In this document: positions 39,455-50,149 of the stretch, piece after piece
How the letters are laid out: every line of letters starts with the position of its first letter
Position numbering within the stretch: the stretch's first letter is position 1
NCBI RefSeq assembly: GCF_030144855.1
Contig: NC_082731.1
Location: 24,986,001-25,050,000 of the forward strand
DNA length: 64,000 nt
Direction: 5' to 3'
DNA from: Hypanus sabinus
Lineage: Eukaryota
The notes under the pieces: model-generated
What the model was told of the DNA's origin: nothing
The model's input: only the letters and a program-made list of their open reading frames with translations
The model's database searches: none
Program-made: the position numbers and the translations under genes

Positions 39455-39751
39455 TCTTCTTCAGTCAGTCCGTGACCCAGAACCCGACAGTAGTGACGAA
39501 AAACGAATGTCAGCCTTTCACCATCACATGCAGGTTCCATAAAAAATCGTCAAGCGATCAATTTATAACCGGACAGTTCTTCAAGAAGACGCAGCCAAGA
39601 ACGGGGAGAGAGCCGATCCACACCGTGGGAAGAATTACTATAATGGAAAATAAAGCAGAAATGACAATTACAATGAAAATTATGAATCTCGAAGTTAAGG
39701 ACAGCGCCACCTATTTCTGTAAAGTTAAATACCGATTTAAATCTTCCTCTG
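39455..39751 (+). CDS. NAR-type (CDR2-deleted) V exon, most likely NAR-TCR V
   Basis: Polypyrimidine/CCAG acceptor at 39453-54 is in frame with the leader. Open frame FFSQSVTQNPTVVTKNECQPFTITC...ITGQFFKKTQPRTGREPIHTVGRITIMENKAEMTITMKIMNLEVKDSATYFCKVKYRFKSSS. Only 85 aa from the presumed N-terminal Gln to the second Cys, as in IgNAR/NAR-TCR V. Confidence 0.88.
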
Positions 39752-39791
39752 CACAGAGGTTAGAAAGGGATTGTGTCCGTGCTCAAATACT
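39752..39791 (+). other. V 3' RSS (23-type)
   Basis: CACAGAG (39752-39758). The best nonamer, TCAAATACT (39783-39791, 6/9 match), gives a 24-nt spacer. Confidence 0.7.
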
Positions 39792-40100
39792 CGCTGTAAT
39801 TTATCGTATTAACAGCTTAAGGAGGAGGCTCAATCTGCCGGTAATTGAACGAAGCTCTTCCCATACGTTCCATCTAGTATTGTTTATAATGTGACAGGAA
39901 GATTACTGTTAATACTCCAGTTATTTTCTCCTTTCTGAATTTGCAGGTATAAAATAATCTTTCGCATTTTCTTTTTAACAACAGCAAATGAAATAGTTTT
40001 CCCACTTAACAGTCCCTTAATTCAGACTGGACCCTGACCCAAAGGCATGGATGCTGGAATAACAGTTGAAAAGCTGTTATCTCCCGTCCATCCGTGTTCC

Positions 40101-40170
40101 ACGTTATGAACTGACATGAAACACTGTGGATTTGGGGATATACACAACAGAGCATAATCGAACAAAAACT
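40101..40170 (+). other. D segment GATTTGGGGATATA (40129-40142) flanked by 12-RSS on both sides
   Basis: ACGTTATGA, 12 nt, CACTGTG (40122-40128), then 14 nt with a TGGGGATA core, then CACAACA (40143-40149), 12 nt, ACAAAAACT (40162-40170, 8/9 match). Confidence 0.88.
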
Positions 40171-40396
40171 TTCCGCCCTGAGAAAGAATATATTCCAGAG
40201 TCGAGAAAAAATTTACATGTTGAATTACGTTCGCGTTGTGATCCGATGAATACCATTGTGATTATCGACTTTCAGGATTTTTTCTTTGATTTTTCTGCAG
40301 TATGAGAAGGCGAATTTTGCAAAGTATGATGCTGCATTTTATAGTTGTCTTTGTCATAGGTAGCTTCACAGTGGTCTCTGAAACACTAAATGATAT

Positions 40397-40435
40397 TGTT
40401 AATGTTTTAAAAGTCTGGCACATTTGTATACTGTG
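40397..40435 (+). other. J-type 5' RSS with 23-nt spacer, abutting/overlapping the LTR
   Basis: TGTTAATGT (6/9 to GGTTTTTGT), exactly 23 nt, TACTGTG (40429-40435). It lies 227 nt after the D RSS, and the paralogous position (1847-1853) has GACTGTG. Confidence 0.6.
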
Positions 40436-41305
40436 TGACGAATTCAAGCAACAATAAATATATGAGTTAGGCAGGGATTTTTTATAACAAATAGGACGTT
40501 TATTAAACAATGAAAACACCCCCCCCCCCCCAAAAGTAAACAAATCACTAACGTAAACGGAAATCAACTGCTGTGCGGCAGCTTAAACAGTTCATAATGC
40601 AAGGGAGCTTAAACAGTTCTTAAAACGATGTTGCAAAAACAGTTCTTCAAAGTAGTATTGCAAAAGTTCAAAATGCCTGCAGTCCATTTAAAGGAGAGAT
40701 TATTTAAGACGATTTAAATTCTCTTTCACGTCGTGTTGTTTCGGTTCCCAAATCGAACTTTTCCCATGAAGAATTTTAAGAAGGTGAAATAAAACGGCTT
40801 AAAGGCACTGACCTTTCCTTTACAAAATTGTTCCCAATACTTTCTGCTATTATTCACAGGGATTTACACGAGAACAGTCAACGAATTCCTTCCGAATGAG
40901 GATCAAACAAGGTCGAACCTGTTTCACCATCGAAATCGATTTTCCTCGATCATTTAACTCACTAACTCCGATCTTCACTCTCCACTGATTCTCAACGAGC
41001 ATTATTATAAAGAAACTGCTGGCAATGAACCTTCAAAATTCAGGGATTAAATAAAACTTCATCTTCCAATTAAACTGCGTCATAACATTAAATCACGCAG
41101 TGGCATGAAGTCAACCAGCCACGAACTGCCGCTCTTCACAGGGAGGGGTCCTACTTTTATACCCTTTAAAAAAACTTTCACATGACCTCTACTGGCGGGA
41201 AAATTACGTCACTCCACCATCACAAGACCATTACCTCAAGTCCAGTATAGCTTCAACCCCAGTCTCGTAACAAGGGTACCACTGTCACGTCACGTGTACG
41301 AAACA
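40434..41305 (-). repeat. 3' LTR of the Gmr1-like element
   Basis: TGTGACG...CGAAACA termini; homologous to 46867-47745. Confidence 0.9.
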
Positions 41306-43774
41306 CCTCCCTCCAAAAAAATATTTTTCGTCTGACAAGAACAAAAATTTTAACAATTATTTACAAGAAAAACAAATGTATAACTTTTATACCCTACACA
41401 ATATACAATACATTATCATCATATAACATCTTACAACTCACAATACAGTAGGAGTGTTACAATTGTAAAAAAATCACTCCATAAAAGAAAAATTACATTG
41501 TACATTCAACATCGAGATAGACAATCAGCAACCACATTATCTTTACCTTTAATATGATTTATCACAATATTGTACTCTTGCAACATTAAACTCCAATTTA
41601 ATAATGATCTGTTTTTGTTTTTCATCTTACTCAGAAAAGCTAACGAATATGATCAGTGTAAACAATAAGTGTTTTTTGATTTGTACCAACATATACCTCA
41701 AAATATTCTAAAGCTAAAACAAGAGATAACAATTCCTTCTCTATTGTCGAATAGTTTCTTTGATGCTTATGAAATTTCTTAGAAAAGTAAGGTACTGGAT
41801 GGTCAACCTCATCACCCTAATTCCTTTGCATCAATACTGCTCCTGCAGCCTCATCACTAGCATCTACAGCTAATGAAAAAGGTTTTTCAAAGTCAGGTGC
41901 CTTAAGCACAGGTTGTTGACATATCATTGTTTTCAGTTTTTCAATGCTTCTTGACAAGGCACTGTCCACACAAACTTCACATTCTTCTTCAAGAGGTCAG
42001 TTAATGTAAGGGCAACATTAGCAATTTTTTTTCAAAATTTTCGATAATATCCTACCATTCCCAAGAATCTTCTGAGAGTTTATTTTCCCCGTTGGAGTGG
42101 GAATCTCTAAAATTGCCGGAAACGTTGCCTGAACAGGAGCAACCTTACCTTTACCCACAACATAACCAAGGTAATTCACAGTGGCATGTCCAATTTCGCT
42201 CTTAGCTAAATTAATAGTTAAGTTAGCTTTTGAAAGCCTTTCAAACAATTTCTCCTCCTAAATAATGTGTGCTTCCCAAGTATCAGTTGCTGGCACCAAA
42301 TCATCAATATAAGCTTCAGGATCTTTCAATCCCTGAATCACAGGGTTAATCATTCTCTGGAAAGTACATGGGGCATTCTTCATCCCAAATGGAAGAACAT
42401 TATATTCATATAGCCCAGCTGGAGTTAAAAATGCATAAATCTCCCTGCCTCTGTCCGTTAATGGAATACACCAATACCCTTTCAATAAATCAATCTTTGT
42501 AAGGAACTTTGCTTTCCAACTTTATCTACACAATCATCTACTCTAGGAATTGGATATGCATCTGATTTCGTTACAACATTCACCTTCCTATAGTCCGTAC
42601 AAAACCTAATACTGCCATCTGGTTTTGGCACCATAACACATGGTGAACTCCAATTCGAGTTAGAAAGTCTAATTATATTATTCTCTAACTTATATTCAAT
42701 TTCTTTCCAGCAAGTTCACATTTTTCTATGTTCATCCTATATTGATGTTGTTTAATAGGTTTGACATCTCCAACATCTACATCACGTGAAGCTACAGTAG
42801 TCCTTCTCGGAACATCTGGAAAGAACTTTTTTATATTTCAAAATTAATTCCTTCATCTGCTGTTTCTGCTCTGGCTGTAAATGCGCTCGTTTCTCATCAA
42901 TATTTCCCAGTATGTTTGAGTTTGGTAACATAACAGAAGCAATGTTGGATTTAGAAAGAAATTCAGATGAATCAACTATAATGATCCTAGTTAAATCAAA
43001 CTCATTCTCACTAACCACAACAGTCACAGTATAAGACTGTTTACCAAAATGTGTTTTAATCATATTTATATGGCAAAGTTGTGTTGACCTTCTACGGTCT
43101 GGAGTGTTTATCACGTAATCCGCATAATTGATTTTAGACACAATTTCACAAGGACCATGAAATCTAGCTTGTAAAGGATTCGTTTGCTCTGGGAAAAGAA
43201 CCAACACCTTGTCTCCAGGCTTAAACATCCTCATCCTAGTTTCTTTGTCATACCAAGTTTTCATTTGCTCCTGAGCCAATTTTAAATTTTCCTTGGCTAA
43301 TCTACAAGCTTTATGTAACCTGTCCTTAAATTTCAAAACATCGTCTAACAAATTAGTGTGTATTTACTTACTAATCCACTGTTCTTTTAAAGCTAGAGGT
43401 CCTCTAACTCGATGCCCAAATACAAGTTCAAATGGACTGAAACCTAAAGATTCTTGTACCGATTCCCTTACTGCAAATAAAATTGAGTTTTTACCCTCAT
43501 CCCAATCACTTTCATTTTCCACACAATATGTCCTAATCATATTCTTGAGGGTAGACTGAAACCTCTCCAAGGCACCTTGCGATTCTGGATGGTATGCAGA
43601 CAAAGTGATTTGCTTAGCTCCCAATTTATAAATTATCAGTTGAAACAATTCAGACATAAATTTACTGCCTTGATCAGTTTGTATTTCCCTAGGTAATGTA
43701 AAATAAGTAAAGAATTTTATAAGAGCCTTATTCATAAGTGGTACTGCATCTGGAAACCTAGATGAAGTAATGAT

Positions 43775-44510
43775 ATAATCATATAACAATCACAGCTCGG
43801 AAACAGGCCATCTCGGCCCTCCTTGTACGGACCGAACTCTTAATCTCACCTAGCCCCACCTACCCGCACTGAGTCCATAACCCTCCACTCCTTTCCTGTC
43901 CATATACCAATCTAATTTTACCTTAAGTGACACAACTGAACTGGCCTCTACTACTTCTTCAGGAAGCTCATTCCACACAGCTATCACTCTCTGAGTAAAG
44001 AAATACCCCTCGTGTTTCCCTTAAACTTCTGCCCCTTAACTCTCAAATCATGTCCTCTCGTTTGAATCTTCCCTACTCTCAATGGAAACAGCCTATTCAC
44101 GTCAACTCTATCTATCCCTTTCAAAATTTTAAATAACTCGATCAAAACCCCCCTCAACCTTCTACGCTCCAATGCATAGAGACCTAACTTGTTCTACCTT
44201 TCTCTGTAACTTAAGTGCTGAAACCCAGGTAACATCCTAGTAAATCGTCCCTGCACTCTCTCTAATTTATTGATATCTTTCCTATAATTCGGTGACCAGA
44301 ACTGTACACAATATTACTAATTTGGCCTTACCAATGCCTTGTACAATTTTAACATTACATCCCAACTTCTGTACTCAATGCTCTGATATATAAAGGCGAG
44401 CGTTCCAAAAGCCTTCTTCACTACCCTACCTACATGAGATTCCACGTTCAGGGAACTATGCACTGTTATTCCTAGATCTCTCTGTTCCACTGCATTCCTC
44501 AATCCCTACC
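43775..44510 (-). mobile_element. CR1 3' fragment inserted in the Gypsy integrase
   Basis: LKLYKALVRPN and ERRRLRGVLIELFKILKG ORFs interrupt the integrase between 44570 and 43789. Confidence 0.95.
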
Positions 44511-46841
44511 ATTGATCGTCAGCAAATACTGATAACCAGTTTTTGTCTTTGGAAAAGGACCAACGCAATCTACAATAACGATAGAAAACGGTTCACCAAA
44601 TGCTGGAACAGGTTGTAATGGAGCCACTGTAATGGAGTAACTTGATTTGGTTTACCCACAATTTGACAAGTATGGCACGTTTTACAAAACATCGCCACAT
44701 CTTTTCTTCGACCAGGCCAGTATTTTTTTTTAATCTTGTGCACAGTTTTCCTTACCCCTTGAAGTCCACCTAAAGGCACACTGTGAGCTAAAGACAAAAT
44801 CTCATTTCGATGATCTTTAGGGACATCTACCTGGTAAACAATATTCCATTCCTCACTTGCAGGAATTGTAGGTGATCTCCACTTCCTCGTCAACACTCTT
44901 TTCCAAGTAATATTCTATTGGCATCTTCTCAATTTCACTATCCAGTAGAGCGTGTTCCGTTAATTTTATAATTTCAGGGTCTCTATTCTGCTCTGCCTTC
45001 ATCTCCTTCCGAGACGGAGATAAATGTTCATAGACAGACGTACTGCAAGAATCTTGTTCAAAAAACGAAGGTAAGAAAGTCTCCGACACATCCTCAAAAC
45101 CCGAATCCAGAGTTGAACAGTCATGAGTAACAACCTCATTCTGCGGATCAAGCTTTTTAGCCATAGCTCCAGTCACATCACAGGAAGAATCTGAGTTAAA
45201 ATTCATCTCTGGTTCCTCTGACTCCATTGTCAAATGCACTTCAGGAAAACCTTGCCCACCTGCCAGTTCATTACCTAACAATAAAGAAATACCCTTCACA
45301 GGTAAGCTATGCTGTAATCCTACTTTAACAAATCCTGTAACTAACCCTGACTTTAAATTTACGTTATGCAAATATAGAGGCATAAAATCACTCCCAACAC
45401 CTCTTATATAATTTAACTCACCAGTATCAGACTCTTCATTAAACTTCAATACACTGTCTAACATCAGTGATTGAGAAGCTCCAGTATCCCTAAGGATTTT
45501 GATTGGCACCCAAGTAGATCCTTCTTTCAAGTATACAAGCCCTTCATTTATAAAATGATCATACCCCTTTCTAACTTGGTCAGACTCTAACAAAACCTCA
45601 TTTGTGTTTATCTAACCCTGTAATTTTACAGGTGCTTCAGTATGTTGCACTCAAGCATCTGGAACTGCTTCCTTTTTCTTTTTCAATCGGAAACTGTTAG
45701 CTATTACATGGCCAGGCTTCCTACAATAGTTACAAATAGGACCAAACTGTCTTTCCTTCACAGGTGTTCCATCCTCCATACATTTCTCATTAACTTCTGA
45801 TTTAATTTCTGATTTACCTTGAGTCTCCGTGTTATTTTTCTTCTTAAAAATTCTGCCCTGAGGAAATTTATTCTTATGGATTAAAACATACTCATCAGCT
45901 AATCTAGCACAGTCCTGCAATGTATCAGTATCCCTCCCATTTAACTAGGTCCATACTTCAACAGGAATGCTTCTTTAAAATTCCTCCATCAAAATCAGCT
46001 CTTTCATTGTATCATTGTCCCCATTTACATTTTTAGAAGAAACCCATCTCTCAAAACTCACAGCTTTTCCATACGCAATTTCCACATAAGTTTTTTCCAC
46101 AGACTTCTGAATCTTTCTCTATACACTTCTGTGACTAATTCATATGCTTTTAAAATATGCTTTTTCACAATATCATAAGCAAGTGCTTGCACAGCAGTTA
46201 AAGCTGTATAAACTCGTTGTCCTTTGTTTTTAATTACACTCTGTAACAACACTGACCATTTATCTTTTGGCAGCTATGAAATCTGAGCAATCGTTTCAAA
46301 ATGTTGGAAATATCTTTCCAATTCCATTCAACTAAATGGTGGGACCAATTTAATTTCTTGACTAGCAACAAACGGTTTTCTAGAACCAGAAGACTGATTC
46401 GCAGATCTTAATTCCGTCATCACGTTTTCAAATTCCTTTTTTTTTCTTATCAGCTTCTAACGTACAACGGTCCAATTCTGCATTACATTGTTCCAACTTC
46501 ATTTGTACGATTTGCAGCTGCATCTCTATATTACTTATTGGAAGCGACTCTAAAATCGATTCATCAAAATCACCAAAATCCACATACTGTGACGCGATTT
46601 TTCTCTGTATTAGAGCCATTGATGTAGTCTTCAAAATACATTTAATTTGCAACCTACTAGCGATCTCAGACAGTTCAGTTTTTTTCGCCTTCGCTAACAA
46701 CTCCGCATCTGGCGAAGCCAGAAACTCATCAATAATTGTTGCCGAATACCACTCACAAACCAATCAAACAAAAGAATCGAGTATTCCGCTTTTCCAAAAC
46801 ACCGATTCAAAATTTAACAATCATTTAAAATCAAATGATCC

Positions 46842-46860
46842 AATCTGGACGCAGCCCCCA
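46842..46860 (-). other. Primer-binding site, tRNA-Pro-like
   Basis: Minus strand TGGGGGCTGCGTCCAGATT resembles the tRNA-Pro PBS TGGGGGCTCGTCCGGGAT and lies 6 nt from the 5' LTR. Confidence 0.7.
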
Positions 46861-46866
46861 TATTTA

Positions 46867-47745
46867 TGTTAAGGATTCAAGCAACAACAAATATATGAGT
46901 GAGGCAGGGGTTTTTATAACAAATAACACTTTTATTAAACACTGAAAACAAACCTCCCAAAAGTAAACAAATCACTAACGTAACCGGAAATCAGCTGCTG
47001 TGCGACAGCTCGAACCGTTCCTAAAGCAATGAAGCTTAAACAGATCATAAAGCGATGTTGCAAAAACAATTCTTCAAAGTAGTATTGCAAAAGTTCAAAA
47101 TGCTTACAGTGCATTTAAAGGAGAGACTTTTTAGACGATTTAAATTTTCTTTCACGTCGTGCTGTTGCAGTTCCCAGTCGAACTACATTTTCCATGAAGA
47201 ATTTTCCGAAGGTGAAATGAAACGGCTTAAAGGCACTGACCATTCCTTTACAACACTGTACTCAATCCTTTCTGCTATTCACAGGGATTAACACGAGTAC
47301 AGTCAACGAATTCCATGCGAATGAGGATCAAACAAGCTCAAACACTTTTTACCGTCGAAATCGACTTTCCTCGATCTTGTAAGTCCCGAACTCCAATCTT
47401 CCCTCTCCTCTCATTCTCAACTAGCAGTATTATAAAGAAACTACTGGCAACGACCTTTTAAACTTTAGACATTAAAGGATATTTCATCTTCCAACTAAAC
47501 TGCGTCAAAACATTACATCTCGCAGTGGCATGAACTGAACGTGGCAAATCCAGCCACAAACTGCCCCTCCTCACAGGGAGGGGTCCTCCTTTTATACCCT
47601 TTAAAATAAAACCTGTCGCATGACCTCTACTGGCGGGAAAATGACGTCAGTTCACCATCACAAGATCAATACCTCAAGCCCAGTGTAGCTTCAACACCTG
47701 TCACGTGACAAGTACACCACTGACACGTGTCACGTGTACGTAACC
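46867..47745 (-). repeat. 5' LTR of the Gmr1-like element
   Basis: TGTTAAG...CGTAACC termini; homologous to 40434-41305. Confidence 0.9.
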
Positions 47746-47809
47746 CTTATACCTCATTGATATTCGGTCCTCCGTGACTCCTTTAAGTTGGATAGGTTTG
47801 CCCCAGCAT

Positions 47810-50100
47810 GCCAGGCAGAATCGACAGGCCGAAGAGATGTTGACTTTTCGGACTGAGGCCTTTCCTCAGGACTAACTGAAATGAAAGCTCGTAAGACATT
47901 TGAAAGTAAGAGGGGGAGCGGAAATGCGAAATGATAGGAGAACACCGGAGAGCTGAGAGCCAGAAAGGTGATTGGCAAAAGAGATAGAGAGCTATAGAAT
48001 GTTCAGGATCGTGGCAAGGGAGGCCTAGGGAGAAAGAAAGAGGGAAGGGAGCACCAGAGGAGATGGAGAACAGGCAGAATGATGGGCAGAGAGAGAAAAA
48101 ATGGGATGGGAAAATACAAAAAAACAAAAATATAAATATCGGGGATGGGGAAAGAGTCGGGGCATTAACGGAAGTTCGAGAAATCAATGTTCGTGCCATC
48201 AAGTTGGAGACTATCCTGCCGGTATATAAAGTGTTGTTCCTCCAACCTGATTGTGGCTTCATCTTGATAGTAGAGGAGACCATGGATAGACATATCAGAA
48301 CGGGAATGGGACGTGGAATTAATATGTGTGAAGATCATCCAATTGGAAGATCCTACTTTATCTGGCGGACCCCTCCTCCCGTCTGCAACCCTCCTCCTCT
48401 TTATGGACACCCCGTTCTGGTCTTCTGCCTGCTCTGGAACTCTTTATTGCTAATTGCTGACGGGACACCAACCGTCTCGATTTCACCACACCGTGTTCCA
48501 ATTCCAACCTCTCTGCTTCTGAACGCCTTGCTCTCCACTCGCTCTGCACCAATCCCAACATTATAATAAAACCCGCTGATAAGCGGGGAGCTGTTGACGT
48601 CTGATGTACTGATCTGTATCTGGCCAAGGCACAACGACAACTCTTCGACAATTCATCTTAATTACCCCTTGATCATGACACCACAGAGGAGCACCAAGCC
48701 ACTGTCTCCTTTACCATCACCAACATTATCAGCTCTGCAGATCTCTCTTCCACGGTTACCAACCTCATAGTTCCCAGACCACGCACTACGTTTCTCCCTC
48801 CTACCCAAGATCCACAGACCTGTCTGTCCAGGGAGACCCATTGTCTCAGCCTGCTCCTGCCGTACCAAACTCATTTCTGCATACCTTGAGAATATTTTAG
48901 TCCCTCTTGGTCAAACCCTTCGCACCAAAGTTCGTAAAACTTCTCACGCTTTGAATTTTTTAATGATTGTGATCCATGCCCCTCCCCCGCCTTATTTTCA
49001 CCATGGACGTCCAGTCCCTATATACTTCCATCCCCTAGCAGTAAGGTCTCAGAGTTCTTCGCTTCTTTATGGATTCCAGACATAACCAATTCCCCACTAG
49101 CACCTCTCTCCCCCGTCTAGCGGAATTATTTCTTTCACTCAATAATTTTCCTATGGCTCCTCCCACTTCCTGCAAACCAAAGTTTTAACCATGGGCACCC
49201 GTATGGGTCCCAGTTATGCCTGCTTTTTTGTTGGCTTTCTGGAACAGTCCATGTTCCAAGTCTATACGGGTGTCCATCACCCTCCTTTCCTTCGTTACAT
49301 CGACGACTGCATTGGCGCTGCAACCTGCATCATACTGATCTCGTTGACTTCATTAAATTTTACTCCAGGTTTCACCCTGCCTTCAAATTTACCTGGTCTA
49401 TTTCTGACACCTCACTCCCCTTTCTTAATCTTTCTGTCTCCATCCCTGGAGCCGTCCCATCTATTAATATGTAGGATAACCAGATAGACTCTCTCAGCTA
49501 CCTGGACTACTTCTCTTCCCACCCTGTCTCTTGCAAAGATGCAGTCCCCTTCTCACAATTCCTCCATCTCCGCCGCATCTGCTCGAAGAATGAGATATTT
49601 CATTCCACGACGGAGGAGGTGTCTTTCTTTTTTAAACATAGGGGCTTCCCTTCTTCCACCATCAACTCTGTTCTGAATCACATCACTTCCATTTCCCGCA
49701 CATCTGCCCTCACCCCATTCGCCCACTACCCCACTCGGAACAAGGTCCCACTTGGCCTCACCTACCACCCCATCATCCTCCTGATTCAACGTAAATTCTC
49801 CGTAACTTCCGGTTCCTCCAACGGGATCCCACTACCAAGCACATCCCCCCCCCCCCAACCTTTCTGCTTTCCGCAGGCATTGTTCCCTACGCTACTCCGT
49901 TGTCCATTCACCCCCCACCCCCATCCCTTCCCACCGATCTCCCTCCAGGCACTTAACCTTGCAAGCGGATCAAGTGTTAAACCTGCACTGACATTTCCTC
50001 ACTCACCACCATTCAGAGCCCCAGAAGGTCCTTCCAGGTGAGGCGGCAATTCACCTGTGAGTTGGCTGGTGAGCTATACTGCATCCTCTGCTCCCGGTCT
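47810..50100 (+). mobile_element. Penelope-like element: inverted 3'-end copy (47810-48330) followed by plus-strand RT and start of GIY-YIG
   Basis: Plus strand has KPADKRGAV, MDVQSLYTSIP and MGTRMGPSYAC..LRYIDDC. Minus-strand ORF 48165-48410 has RLEEQHFIYRQDSLQLDGTNIDFSNF. Confidence 0.9.
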
Positions 50101-50149
50101 GGATTTTCTGGAGTATGCAATTTCTCTACTTTCACATTCACGTCATTAG

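Larger units (their letters stand above)
40434..47745 (-). mobile_element. Gmr1-like Ty3/Gypsy LTR retrotransposon with both LTRs, decayed
   Basis: Direct LTRs at 40434-41305 and 46867-47745. Minus-strand order: gag with CCHC (CNYCRKPGHVIANS), PR (ILRDTGASQSL), IN (HSVP..G.RKT..C.TC.TCQ; IQTDQGS), RT (KGYW..PFGMKNAP..YIDDL), RH (VDASD). PPT at 41306-41314. Confidence 0.95.

Noticed and set aside
40326-40365. Leader-like MMLHFIVVFVI-G with GTAGCT
   Set aside because: Weak donor, positioned between D and the J RSS, with no V exon following.
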